From the NCBI GenBank assembly GCA_041742075.1, contig JBGSJJ010000009.1:12895-76894 (forward strand): DNA of 64,000 nt, given 5' to 3'. Position 1 is the first letter of the stretch; each line of letters opens with the position of its first letter. Position numbers and translations under genes: made by a program. Shown piece after piece: positions 46,185 to 56,137 of this stretch. Under the pieces are notes generated by a model. It was given only the letters and a program-made list of their open reading frames with translations, made no database searches and was not told the origin of the DNA. Source of the DNA: Minisyncoccia bacterium (GTDB lineage: Bacteria > Patescibacteriota > Minisyncoccia > Phycocordibacterales > UBA918).

Positions 46185-47657
46185 ATGGGAGGTGATCTAG
46201 GTTCTTCAACTGTCGGTTCTTTTGCACCGCATACAGCGGGTACGGTTTTTGATATTACCAAAGAAATCGACGCTCTGGCTGTCCTTAAAGCTATTCACCG
46301 GAGTCAGATAGACGTCGGCACAAAAAATACCCTCCGCGATGCGGTGTTTGACTATCGGCAAAACCTTGATCAAGCCACCCTCACCAATGCCTGTGAGTTA
46401 TTTGCTCAAGTTGGAATTATTGTTATTGGGTGTACGCCGGATTCAGTACCAGCGACTGAAACAGTATTACCCGCTACACAAACGCCTTCAGCAAGTGAAG
46501 AACGTCCACCCGTTTCAAAGCTAAGAATCGGTCGCCCGAGGCCAACTTTTGGGGTGAGTACAACTCCAGTTGTGGCAACTCAAAAACCAGTCGAGCGAGC
46601 CAGTACTGAACCTATGACTCCGACTGCTTCTTATGAAGCAAGTGCACCCGTTGCCCCTCAGGTAGCAGTACCTAGAGAGAACGAAGCAATGGTTGCAGAA
46701 GCCGTGATAGAGGGACCTGCGGAACCAGTTGTGACAGCAGAACCGACAGCTCAGCCCATTAGTGTTCCTACTACGTCTACGGCACTCCCAGTTAAGGCGG
46801 TTGATCGTATAAACGAAATTAAGAAACTTGTTAACGAAAAAATCGGCAATCCGGTGAATTTGATTGAGGCGCACAATGAACTCGGTCGCGAGTATATGAA
46901 CGCACTTCTTGAGGCAATGAAAAAAAGTAACGGTGGACAAGCCTCTGAACTGGCTGCTGCTATGGAGAGACTTGAAAAGGCTTTCGCGCTCGTAGAAGCG
47001 ACCCTCGATAAAAGTGTTCATGTTGAGACGACACCAGTGGTACACGTTCCGATTGAGCCAGTCGTAACGCCAGAGCCGGTAGTTGAAGAACCTCCAGTTT
47101 CAGTTCAGGTTGAGACAGTGCAAGAAACCGTTACACCGCTTAGTCCGCCACCAGAACCTAAAGAAGAGGTACCCGTGTCTACTCCTGTAGTTGCGCCGGT
47201 AATCACGTCGGTCGCTAAGACTAAACAGGTAGAAGAGCTTATGCATAAGCAGATGATTGAATCATCAGAGAAAGCTGAGATTGCTGAGCGTATCGCTGAA
47301 GAGAAGATGGACCCGGTTATGGTGTCTGAAGTTACCAGTGGCCTCCGTCAACTTTTATCAGAGTGGAGCTTGTTTAAAAGTAGTGGTATTTTTGGTACCG
47401 GTCCAAGTGGTATTGACCACGCTCTCTATAAGAAGCTGAGCTCACTTCCTATGCAAGCGGTGATTGCTGGTCGGTTTGAAGGTTCAACACCACAGATACG
47501 ACAAAGTATCTCTGACTATATGAATGGGTGGCGCTATGAAGAGGGAGTGGTATTTGATTACGGAGAATCGTTTGAGCACTACTTACGTCGCGTGATTCGC
47601 CACATTCTTGATAAAAAAGCTCAGCAGGCTAACCCTCTTTTGACTAAGAAACTCTAG
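46185..47657 (+). CDS. Hypothetical protein with globular blocks separated by Pro/Thr/Val-rich linkers
   Basis: Long ORF. TATACT lies shortly upstream of ATG 46185. Confidence 0.75.
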   Translation: MGGDLGSSTVGSFAPHTAGTVFDITKEIDALAVLKAIHRSQIDVGTKNTLRDAVFDYRQNLDQATLTNACELFAQVGIIVIGCTPDSVPATETVLPATQTPSASEERPPVSKLRIGRPRPTFGVSTTPVVATQKPVERASTEPMTPTASYEASAPVAPQVAVPRENEAMVAEAVIEGPAEPVVTAEPTAQPISVPTTSTALPVKAVDRINEIKKLVNEKIGNPVNLIEAHNELGREYMNALLEAMKKSNGGQASELAAAMERLEKAFALVEATLDKSVHVETTPVVHVPIEPVVTPEPVVEEPPVSVQVETVQETVTPLSPPPEPKEEVPVSTPVVAPVITSVAKTKQVEELMHKQMIESSEKAEIAERIAEEKMDPVMVSEVTSGLRQLLSEWSLFKSSGIFGTGPSGIDHALYKKLSSLPMQAVIAGRFEGSTPQIRQSISDYMNGWRYEEGVVFDYGESFEHYLRRVIRHILDKKAQQANPLLTKKL

Positions 47658-47674
47658 TGTATGATAGTGGTGCT

Positions 47675-48277
47675 ATGCATCATGCCATTTTGTATATTGG
47701 AAACAGTTTAGAATCGTCTGGTTTACCGAGCGTGTATCACACCGCAAGTCCGAGTGTGACTCATCTCATGCAAGATTCTTTTACAATTGCCGATGCGCGT
47801 GCACTTAAGGAGCTTATTTACCAGCGACCTATAGAAGGGAGTACAGCTGTTTTTGTTATCAAAAGTCACACTATCGCTTCTGAAGCTCAGCAGGCACTGC
47901 TAAAAATCCTCGAGGAACCACCGGTACATGCACAGTTGTTTATTGTGGTTCCGCGACTGGATTCGCTTTTGCCGACGGTGCGCTCACGCCTGCTGTACGA
48001 GCAGGTATCAGTAGTAAGCGAAGAAGCAAATCCAGTTTTCGAAACCTTTAAAGCATTGTCACTTAAAGAAAGAATAGAAACGATTGCCGAGAAAACAAAA
48101 GCAAAAGATCTAAAGTGGATAGAAGCAATTCTTGCTGGAGCGGAAAGTCTCGTGAGGAGTGATCAATTGCGCTATAAAGAGCTTGCACATGAAATTCTAT
48201 TAGTTCGTTCGTACATCGCCAGTCGTGGTGCTTCAAAAAAGATGCTCCTTGAGTCACTCGCCTGTAGTCTGCCTTAG
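47675..48277 (+). CDS. holB: DNA polymerase III delta' subunit-like (truncated)
   Basis: EAQQALLKILEEPP and LLPTVRSR motifs. Confidence 0.75.
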   Translation: MHHAILYIGNSLESSGLPSVYHTASPSVTHLMQDSFTIADARALKELIYQRPIEGSTAVFVIKSHTIASEAQQALLKILEEPPVHAQLFIVVPRLDSLLPTVRSRLLYEQVSVVSEEANPVFETFKALSLKERIETIAEKTKAKDLKWIEAILAGAESLVRSDQLRYKELAHEILLVRSYIASRGASKKMLLESLACSLP

Positions 48278-48319
48278 GGAGGCGTATTATGGTATAATGC
48301 AAAAATCAGTTAGAAATAT

Positions 48320-48865
48320 ATGTTAGTAAAGCAATTTGAAGAACGTGGCAAAGAAGTCATTAGTTGGCTCGAACGAGAGTATATGGGAATTAGGTCTGGT
48401 CAGGCTACGCCTGCTCTTCTTGATGGTGTTAAAGTTTCTAGTTACGGAGCGCTCGTGGCACTAAATCAGGTGGGGAGTGTAAACGTAGAAGACGCCCGCA
48501 CCCTTCGTGTGTCGCTTTGGGACACCAGCCAAGTCAGTGCCGTTGAGACGGCGATTCGCGATGCAGATCTTGGCTTGTCAGTTGTGACTGACTCCTCTGG
48601 CTTGCGGATTATTTTTCCTGAGCTCACCAGTGAGCGTCGAGTCCAGCTGATGAAGTTGGCTAAAAGTAAGCTTGAAGATGCTCGCGTGTCACTTCGAAGT
48701 GGCCGTGATGAAGTGATGAAGCAACTTGAAAAACAAGAAAAGGCTAACGAAATTAGTGAAGACGAAAAATTTACTTTGAAGGAATCCATTCAAAAAGTAG
48801 TAGAAGCCACCAACCGATCACTCGATATTTTGTTTCAGAAGAAGGAAGTAGAAATTAGTAATTAA
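48320..48865 (+). CDS. frr: Ribosome recycling factor
   Basis: IRSGQATPALLD and FPELTSERR motifs. Confidence 0.95.
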   Translation: MLVKQFEERGKEVISWLEREYMGIRSGQATPALLDGVKVSSYGALVALNQVGSVNVEDARTLRVSLWDTSQVSAVETAIRDADLGLSVVTDSSGLRIIFPELTSERRVQLMKLAKSKLEDARVSLRSGRDEVMKQLEKQEKANEISEDEKFTLKESIQKVVEATNRSLDILFQKKEVEISN

Positions 48866-48882
48866 TCCGAGTACGAAACACT

Positions 48883-49974
48883 ATGACTATTATCCTCTTT
48901 TTTGCCGTACTGTTTGTATTGATTCTAGTCCATGAATGGGGGCACTATATAACGGCTAAAAAGACCGGTATGCGGGTTGATGAGTTTGGAATCGGTTTCC
49001 CGCCGAAGTTATTTGGTATTAAAAAAGGTGAGACTGAATACACGTTTAATGCACTACCAATTGGTGGCTTTGTGCGTATTTTTGGAGAGGATGCGCTTGG
49101 GGCTAGTCAATCAGCTGACTATGAGCGTTCTTTTGTGGCTAAACCAAAGTGGGCACAAGCAATAGTCCTCATTGCTGGTGTAACAATGAACATACTATTC
49201 GCGTGGTTTCTGTTTGTACTGGTGTTTCTGATTGGGGTGCCGTCGGCAGTAGAAGAGACAGATGCCGGCCAGAATGCACAATTGCTCATTACCAACGTGC
49301 TTCCTCAAAGTCCGGCTGGTGAAGCCGGAATCCCGCCTGGTGCCGTTGTAGTGAGTATGACCAATACAACCGAATCGATAATTAAGGTTACACCGAGCAG
49401 TATTCGTGAGTTTACCCAAAAAACAGGAGCAAACGAATTGACCGTAGTCTATGTAGTTGGTGAGGAAGAAAAATCAGTCACAGTTACACCAGCACAGGGT
49501 CTCGATAGTGAAAACCCAGAACGATATGCGGTTGGTATTGCAACAGCTCTCGTGGAAATTAAATCTGAATCAATTCAAGGAGCACTACTTAAGGCAACAA
49601 CTGCAACCTATGACTCACTCATCGCAATCACGGTTGGCCTCTTTAGTTTACTCAGTGATGCATTTTTACTGAAAGCTGACTTCTCGCAAGTGGCTGGCCC
49701 GGTCGGTATCGTGGGGATGGTGGGGGATGCGGCCGCCTTTGGCCTCACGTCACTCCTTTTGTTTACCGCTACCATTTCACTCAACTTAGCTGTAATAAAC
49801 TTACTCCCATTCCCAGCGCTTGATGGTGGGCGTCTCGTGATGGTGGGTATCGAAGCCATAACGCGAAGGCCAATTAACCCAGCTTGGGTGATGCGACTCA
49901 ACACGGTTGGGTTTATTTTGCTTTTGCTACTAATGGTGGCAGTGACCTATAGCGACATCGTCAAGCTTCTATAA
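48883..49974 (+). CDS. rseP: Site-2 intramembrane metalloprotease with PDZ domain
   Basis: HEWGH, FGIGFPP and NLLPFPALDGG motifs. Confidence 0.94.
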   Translation: MTIILFFAVLFVLILVHEWGHYITAKKTGMRVDEFGIGFPPKLFGIKKGETEYTFNALPIGGFVRIFGEDALGASQSADYERSFVAKPKWAQAIVLIAGVTMNILFAWFLFVLVFLIGVPSAVEETDAGQNAQLLITNVLPQSPAGEAGIPPGAVVVSMTNTTESIIKVTPSSIREFTQKTGANELTVVYVVGEEEKSVTVTPAQGLDSENPERYAVGIATALVEIKSESIQGALLKATTATYDSLIAITVGLFSLLSDAFLLKADFSQVAGPVGIVGMVGDAAAFGLTSLLLFTATISLNLAVINLLPFPALDGGRLVMVGIEAITRRPINPAWVMRLNTVGFILLLLLMVAVTYSDIVKLL

Positions 49975-50166
49975 ACTACTTCATCTACTTCGTTAAATGA
50001 GCAAACGAGCGGAAGCGACTATTGCGAATTTATGTCCCGATTTGTTCTACCTCGGGCAAATCGCTGGACTGAATTCTTCAAAAAAATTCTTTCAATGTAC
50101 CACTAAGTACACCTCAAGAATTTTTTCTTGTCCGTCTTGCATCTAAAGCAGTTTCAAGAAGCTTGA
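49961..50166. repeat. Stop-codon-associated structured repeat, copy D (with an internal insertion of about 80 nt)
   Basis: TCAAGCTTCT/AGAAGCTTGA arms covering the last rseP codons, TAC-TTCGTT...CGTCTT-GCA, AAAAAATTCTT/AAGAATTTTTT, apical TGTAC-cactaa-GTACA. Confidence 0.7.
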
Positions 50167-50257
50167 TAACGAAGCATTTTGAAGTTAGGATGCAGTAAAT
50201 CTGCGTATGCTATACTCACCACATAAATTACCAGTGAACAAGTACCGATAACTTTCT

Positions 50258-51514
50258 ATGAGACAGTCACAACTCTTTACCAAAACCAGAAAAGAAGCGC
50301 CAGCTGATGAAGTAGCCAAGAATGCTCAACTTTTGATTCGGGCTGGCTATATCTACAAGAACATGGCTGGAGCCTATACCTTTTTACCGCTCGGATTAAG
50401 GGTTTTAGGTAAAATAAATACCATTATTCGTGAAGAGATGGACGCAATTGGCGGGCAAGAACTTACCATGCCATCACTTCAAGACAGTGAGTTGTGGGAA
50501 AAGACGGGCCGCTGGAGTGATGATGCGGTTGATGTATGGTTTAAGAGTGAGCTTAAAGCTGGTGGGGTGGTAGGTCTTGGTTGGACACATGAAGAAGTCA
50601 TTACCAATATCATGAAGCAATTTATTGCTTCGTACAAAGATTTGCCTAAGTTTCCGTACCAAATACAAAAGAAATTTAGAAATGAGATGCGTGCCAAAAG
50701 TGGCATCATGCGCACCCGGGAGTTCGACATGAAAGACTTGTATTCTTTCTCTGCTACCCAGGAACAACATGATGCTTTCTACTCAGCTTGCGCCAGTGCC
50801 TATATGAAAGTATTTGAACGATTTGGGATTGGTAATGAAACCTACCAAACATTTGCTTCGGGCGGTGCGTTTTCTAAGTTTAGCCATGAGTTCCAAACCC
50901 TCGCTGAAGCTGGTGAAGATGTCGTATACGTAAATGAGGAAAAAGGAATTGCCGTCAACGAAGAAGTCCTTGAAGTGGCTGATTTAGATGAGCTTGGAGT
51001 GAAACGAGAAGAGCTTGAAATGCGAAAAAGTATTGAGGTAGGAAATATATTCTCTCTTGGCACCAAGTTTTCTGAAGCACTCGGGCTCACTTTCACTGAT
51101 GAACAGGGAGTAGAGTGTCCTGTAATCATGGGTTGCTACGGAATTGGACCAGCGCGGTCAATGGGTACAATAGTTGATTTACTCTCAGATGAAAAGGGAA
51201 TTGTTTGGCCTGAAAGCGTTGCACCATACCGTGTACATCTCGTCGGTATCAATACAGACGATACTGCTGTGCGTGACTGGACAGAAGGAATTTACAACAA
51301 TCTGAAAGATGCGGGTGTAGAAATTTTATTTGACGACCGAGACGCTCGAGCTGGTGAAAAGTTTGCTGACAGTGACTTACTCGGGATTCCGTACCGCGTG
51401 GTAGCTAGTAAGCGGGGTAAAGAAGAGGGAAAGTTTGAAGTGGTGACGCGGAAAACTGGCGAAGTCAGAATGCTGACAGAAGAGGAATTATACGCAGATT
51501 TTGGGGTTAACTAG
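50258..51514 (+). CDS. proS: Proline--tRNA ligase (short form without INS editing domain)
   Basis: LWEKTGRW, THEE, KFRNEMRAKSGIMRTREF, EVGNIF and MGCYGIG motifs, 418 aa. Confidence 0.95.
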   Translation: MRQSQLFTKTRKEAPADEVAKNAQLLIRAGYIYKNMAGAYTFLPLGLRVLGKINTIIREEMDAIGGQELTMPSLQDSELWEKTGRWSDDAVDVWFKSELKAGGVVGLGWTHEEVITNIMKQFIASYKDLPKFPYQIQKKFRNEMRAKSGIMRTREFDMKDLYSFSATQEQHDAFYSACASAYMKVFERFGIGNETYQTFASGGAFSKFSHEFQTLAEAGEDVVYVNEEKGIAVNEEVLEVADLDELGVKREELEMRKSIEVGNIFSLGTKFSEALGLTFTDEQGVECPVIMGCYGIGPARSMGTIVDLLSDEKGIVWPESVAPYRVHLVGINTDDTAVRDWTEGIYNNLKDAGVEILFDDRDARAGEKFADSDLLGIPYRVVASKRGKEEGKFEVVTRKTGEVRMLTEEELYADFGVN

Positions 51515-51569
51515 GCAGAGGAGTGTACGTTTTGGCAATATTCGGTGGTTCATGTAAAATGGGACTCTT

Positions 51570-52646
51570 ATGAGTGTTGTTTCTCGATATTTTAGTAGCG
51601 TTTTTAACGCCCTCTCAACTGATATAGGAATCGACCTTGGTACTGCCAACACGCTCGTCTATGTGCGCGGTAAAGGGATTGTCTTAAATGAGCCAACAAT
51701 AGTTGCGATAAACAAAAAAACTGGCCAGCTTGTTGCGGTCGGAAACGACGCCAAGGCCATGCTCGGTCGGACACCGCATCACATTGAGGTGGTTCGTCCG
51801 CTTGTTGACGGAGTAATTTCTGACTTCGAAGTAACGGAAGAAATGCTCTCGTATCTCATTAGTAAAGTTCGAAGTGAGACTCGCTCAATAGTGGCACCAA
51901 GGGTACTGGTTGGAGTGCCATCAGGTATCACCAATGTCGAGATGCGTGCCGCGAGAGACGCTGCCAAAAATGCTGGCGCGCGTGAAGTGTTGCTCATCGA
52001 GGAGCCAATGGCAGCCGCTATTGGAGCGAAGTTACCAATCACTAAAGCCATTGGTAACATGATTATTGATATTGGTGGCGGGACGACAGACATTGCCGTA
52101 ATCTCGCTTTCGGGAATTGTGGTTGCTAAAAATCTTCGAGTGGCTGGCGATCATCTAAACGCAGCGATTGTAACGTATATCCGAGATCAGTTCAAAGTAC
52201 TCGTGGGTGACAAGACAGCCGAAGACGCCAAAATTGTCTTGGCGTCAATCGAGCAGGTAGAAGACGGAAAAGAAATGGTGGTGCGTGGTCGAGACGTGGT
52301 AACCGGTCTTCCGCGGGAGGTAGTTATTACAGATGCCGACATCAGAGAAGCTATATCTGTTTCGATTGACTCAATCGTTGAGGCAGTTCGCTCAGTCCTT
52401 GAAAAGACCCCGCCAGAGGTTTTAGCCGACGTGATGCAGAGAGGAATCCATATTTCAGGCGGGGGAGCCTTAATACCAGGTATAGCACCACTGCTTCAGG
52501 AGTTGATGCAGGTTCCAGTATTCATTGTGCCTGACCCCCTTCGTGCAGTCGTCCGTGGAACTGGTATAGTACTTGAGAACTTAGATCAGTATGAAGAAAT
52601 TCTCATCGATAATGAGGGTGAACTATCGCCGTACCTCGCGGAATAA
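51570..52646 (+). CDS. mreB: Rod shape-determining protein MreB
   Basis: GIDLGTANT and DIGGGTT motifs, upstream of mreC. Confidence 0.95.
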   Translation: MSVVSRYFSSVFNALSTDIGIDLGTANTLVYVRGKGIVLNEPTIVAINKKTGQLVAVGNDAKAMLGRTPHHIEVVRPLVDGVISDFEVTEEMLSYLISKVRSETRSIVAPRVLVGVPSGITNVEMRAARDAAKNAGAREVLLIEEPMAAAIGAKLPITKAIGNMIIDIGGGTTDIAVISLSGIVVAKNLRVAGDHLNAAIVTYIRDQFKVLVGDKTAEDAKIVLASIEQVEDGKEMVVRGRDVVTGLPREVVITDADIREAISVSIDSIVEAVRSVLEKTPPEVLADVMQRGIHISGGGALIPGIAPLLQELMQVPVFIVPDPLRAVVRGTGIVLENLDQYEEILIDNEGELSPYLAE

Positions 52647-53580
52647 AAATTTATTTCTGGTAGCGGTTTTTGGTGGTGTTCTCTTACTCCTGATTGTTTT
52701 GCTACCAATTTTACTTGCTACGACAGCTTCATACGTCATAGTACCTATAGCGAAGACCAAGACGTGGTTTGCTGAATCAACCTCCAGTCTCCCGCAGTTT
52801 TTGCGTGAGCGCAGTGCTCTTATTAGTGAAATACAGAGTCTGGAGGAAAATATTGCGAGTGCTAGCGGAAACCGTTCAACGATTGATTCTTTAGTAAAAG
52901 AAAACGAAGAACTCAGAAGTTTGTTAGGGTATGAAGGAGAAAAGCGAATTCTGGCAGGCATTATCGGTCGTCCAGACACGTTACCAAACGATACGCTTAT
53001 GCTCGATCGGGGTAGTCAGCAAGGTGTACTCGTCGGAGCACCGGTGTTTATTAATGACAGTACGATTATTGGTATCGTGAGGTTTGTCACTCCCCAGAGT
53101 TCGCTCGTCGAGCTTATTACTACTCCGGACTTTGAGACAACGGTGTTTATCGTTGGGCCAGATATTTTTACGACTGCCGTTGGGGTCGGCGGCGGCCAGT
53201 TGCGTGTTGGTGTGCCACAGGGTATACCGCTTGAGGTAGGCAATTTAGTAGTCATTCCTTCAGTCACTTCGGGCGTGTATGGTGAGATAAACGTTGTGAA
53301 TTCTGTCCCTTCAAAGCCTGAACAGTATGGTTTTGTCTCACCACAAATACCCCTTTCGAGTATGCGTTTAGTGAGTATTGGGAGTACACCAGTAACTCCG
53401 ATATCGTTTGAAGAAGCGCAGGTGATTCTTGCTGGTCAAAGAGAGAGGTTACTTATTGTACCCGTACCAGAAGACAAGCTTATCGAAATTGATTCAGCTA
53501 CGTCAACCGCAACCAGTACACCAGTGGTAGAGCGTATGCCAAGTAATCAAGCCACCACCGCTAGCAGTACCCGCTTATGA
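52612..53580 (+). CDS. mreC: Rod shape-determining protein MreC
   Basis: TM helix, coiled coil ENEELRSLL, LDRGSQQGV..GAPV motif, and gene context. Confidence 0.85.
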   Translation: MRVNYRRTSRNKNLFLVAVFGGVLLLLIVLLPILLATTASYVIVPIAKTKTWFAESTSSLPQFLRERSALISEIQSLEENIASASGNRSTIDSLVKENEELRSLLGYEGEKRILAGIIGRPDTLPNDTLMLDRGSQQGVLVGAPVFINDSTIIGIVRFVTPQSSLVELITTPDFETTVFIVGPDIFTTAVGVGGGQLRVGVPQGIPLEVGNLVVIPSVTSGVYGEINVVNSVPSKPEQYGFVSPQIPLSSMRLVSIGSTPVTPISFEEAQVILAGQRERLLIVPVPEDKLIEIDSATSTATSTPVVERMPSNQATTASSTRL

Positions 53581-53819
53581 TGAGAATAGTACTATTTATC
53601 ACCATACTAGTTAGTGCGCTCACTGGCCCGCTCGTCTTCGCTATTTGTCTAGGAGTACTGTATGCGTTTTTATATACAGCCTACGAATTATTGATTCTCG
53701 CTATGATAGTCGATGTGTATTATTTCCAGGGAGAGATACCGTACCATTTGCTTGGTACTATCTTGTATCTGTTTGTACTGGAGTGGCTCAAGCCCAGATT
53801 ACTGTTTAAGTCATCATAA
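53577..53819 (+). CDS. Miniature MreD-like membrane protein
   Basis: 80-aa hydrophobic ORF in the mreD position between mreC and mrdA. Confidence 0.55.
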   Translation: MMRIVLFITILVSALTGPLVFAICLGVLYAFLYTAYELLILAMIVDVYYFQGEIPYHLLGTILYLFVLEWLKPRLLFKSS

Positions 53820-53822
53820 GTA

Positions 53823-55517
53823 ATGTTTTCATTTTTTAAGAAAAAACGAACCAATGAAATGGCTTTTGAAGAAATTCTACTCGATTCTTCGAACCTTCCA
53901 TCCTTTAACCAGGGTCGGATGGAAGGTAAGTTGGAACTACCGATAACGCAACAAAATGTTTTTTTCGTCGGAGGTTTTTTTGTTCTTGTAGCAATACTTT
54001 TTTGGGCGAAACTTTTCTCACTGCAAGTTATTGAAGGCAAGGAGTATTTACACATTAGTCAAAACAACAGTATTGATAAAAGCGTCATTATTGCTGAGCG
54101 CGGAGTCATCTACGACCGAAACAACGAAATGTTGGCCTGGAACGCTGAAGATAAGGGTCACCAGTTTGGTTTTCCCATGCGGGCGTACTCAGACAGGGAA
54201 GGACTTGGTCAGTTAGTCGGATACGTTAGCTATCCGCAAAAGGACAAAAAAGGTTTTTATTTCCGTACTGAGTACGTTGGTATTAGTGGCGCTGAATCAG
54301 CGTTTAATGAAAACTTACAAGGTAAAAATGGTGACCAGGTACTCGAACGTGACGCACTTGGTGAAGTGATTGGTGAACACATTGTTGAAAATCCTATTCC
54401 AGGCACACCGGTCACTCTCTCACTCGATGCTGCATTATCGGAAGCGATGTTTGACATCATAGCAACCTCTACCACTCAAGCGGGGTTTCGAAGTGGGGCA
54501 GGGGTTATTATGAATGTTCATACCGGAGAAATTCTTGCCATGACTAGTTACCCCTCGTATGACCCAGAAGTGATGGCTGACGGTCTTGATGAAGAACTGA
54601 TTGCGTCATACAACGTTGACGATCGCTATCCGTTTTTAAATAAAGTCTTAGGCGGAGTCTATACACCCGGTTCTGTCATGAAGCCGTTTTTGGCCTACGC
54701 TGCACTGGTAGAAGGAATCATTGACCCAAATAAAATAATAGTCAGTACCGGAGCGATTGTGATTCCAAATCCCTACAACCCAAGCAACCCGGCTCGCTTC
54801 ACTGACTGGCGGGCTCATGGCAAGATGACAATGCGGGAAGCGATTGCTTTTTCTTCAAACGTTTACTTCTACTATATTAGTGGTGGCTATGGTGACCAGC
54901 CTGGTCTTGGTATCACAAAAATGAACCAGTACTATGATTTGTTTGACTTCGGTGAAGCGACTGGAGTTGCTCTTGATAATGAGCAGATTGGAACAGTGCC
55001 CAGCCCAGCTTGGAAAAAAGAAGTATTCAATGATGATTGGCGTCTAGGGGACACATACTTGACCTCAATCGGTCAGTTTGGTTTCCAAGTGACGCCACTG
55101 CAGATGGTGCGCGCATATGCGGGGCTCGCAACAGGCAAATTAGTAACTCCACAGATAGTTGCAGGTGCGCAAGGTGATGTAGTCGACTTAAAGCTCGATA
55201 AAGCTAAGCTGAAGATTGTTCAAGAGGGTATGCGGATGGCGGTAAACTACCCCGGCGGAACCGCACGTTCACTTGAGCGAAAAGACATCGCCATTGCTGC
55301 CAAATCAGGTACAGCGGAAATCGGTGCTGGCAATGCCTATGTGAACTCATGGGCGGCCGGCTTCTTTCCGTACGATGATCCTGAGTACGCTTTTGTCTTG
55401 ATGATGGATAAAGCTCCACGCAGTAACGCGCTTGGCGCCACAAGAATTATGGGTAACGTAATAGAGTGGATGAGCAGTAACACACCACAATACCTAGGTC
55501 TAGAACCAGCCTCGTAA
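53823..55517 (+). CDS. mrdA: Penicillin-binding protein 2
   Basis: RGVIYDR, PGSVMK (SxxK), SSN and KSGTA motifs, in mre context. Confidence 0.9.
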   Translation: MFSFFKKKRTNEMAFEEILLDSSNLPSFNQGRMEGKLELPITQQNVFFVGGFFVLVAILFWAKLFSLQVIEGKEYLHISQNNSIDKSVIIAERGVIYDRNNEMLAWNAEDKGHQFGFPMRAYSDREGLGQLVGYVSYPQKDKKGFYFRTEYVGISGAESAFNENLQGKNGDQVLERDALGEVIGEHIVENPIPGTPVTLSLDAALSEAMFDIIATSTTQAGFRSGAGVIMNVHTGEILAMTSYPSYDPEVMADGLDEELIASYNVDDRYPFLNKVLGGVYTPGSVMKPFLAYAALVEGIIDPNKIIVSTGAIVIPNPYNPSNPARFTDWRAHGKMTMREAIAFSSNVYFYYISGGYGDQPGLGITKMNQYYDLFDFGEATGVALDNEQIGTVPSPAWKKEVFNDDWRLGDTYLTSIGQFGFQVTPLQMVRAYAGLATGKLVTPQIVAGAQGDVVDLKLDKAKLKIVQEGMRMAVNYPGGTARSLERKDIAIAAKSGTAEIGAGNAYVNSWAAGFFPYDDPEYAFVLMMDKAPRSNALGATRIMGNVIEWMSSNTPQYLGLEPAS

Positions 55518-55579
55518 TCCACATTTGACCTAGCCGTCAGTCTGCGTATAATTGAGTAAATTTTAAGTTTGACCTAATT

Positions 55580-56050
55580 ATGAATGACACACAATCGTAC
55601 TTGACCCCAGAGAAGTTTGATGAACTTAAGAAGGAGCTCGAAAATCTAAAAACAGTTCGCCGAAAAGAAGTTGCTGAATCACTTGAATACGCACGAAGTC
55701 TCGGTGACCTCTCAGAAAACGCTGAGTACCAAGAAGCCCGTGATATGCAAGGAGCGATTGAAGAGCGGATTGGATACCTAGAACAGGTAATTAAGGAAGC
55801 AAAAATTGTTGCACACGAAAAGAAGGGAGACATTGTTGGTCTGGGAAGTGTGGTAACTATCACGAAAGAAAAAGATAAAGCCAACCATACCTACACGATT
55901 GTTGGTTCTGATGAAGCAAACATTCACCAAGGAAAACTTTCATATCTTTCACCGCTCGGTGAAGCCCTCATGGGGAAGGGTAAGGGCGACTCGTTTACCT
56001 TTGAAACTCCAGGTGGAAAGCAGTCGTACAAAGTAATGAAGGTTGAATAA
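55580..56050 (+). CDS. greA: Transcription elongation factor GreA
   Basis: GDLSENAEY and SPLGEALMG motifs. Confidence 0.95.
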   Translation: MNDTQSYLTPEKFDELKKELENLKTVRRKEVAESLEYARSLGDLSENAEYQEARDMQGAIEERIGYLEQVIKEAKIVAHEKKGDIVGLGSVVTITKEKDKANHTYTIVGSDEANIHQGKLSYLSPLGEALMGKGKGDSFTFETPGGKQSYKVMKVE

Positions 56051-56061
56051 AGAAGTACTAG

Positions 56062-56098
56062 AGAAAACACCTGTATCCGATTGGATGCAGGTGTTTTC
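56062..56098 (+). terminator. Intrinsic terminator after greA
   Basis: GAAAACACCTGTATCC-gatt-GGATGCAGGTGTTTTC. Confidence 0.75.
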
Positions 56099-56137
56099 CA
56101 TTGCAAAAAGCCAACAAAACGCTACTATAGAGAAATT

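Noticed and set aside
37995-47657. Integrated conjugative element or prophage
   Set aside because: No integrase, relaxase, phage structural genes or att-like direct repeats were seen, and the flanks are core genes
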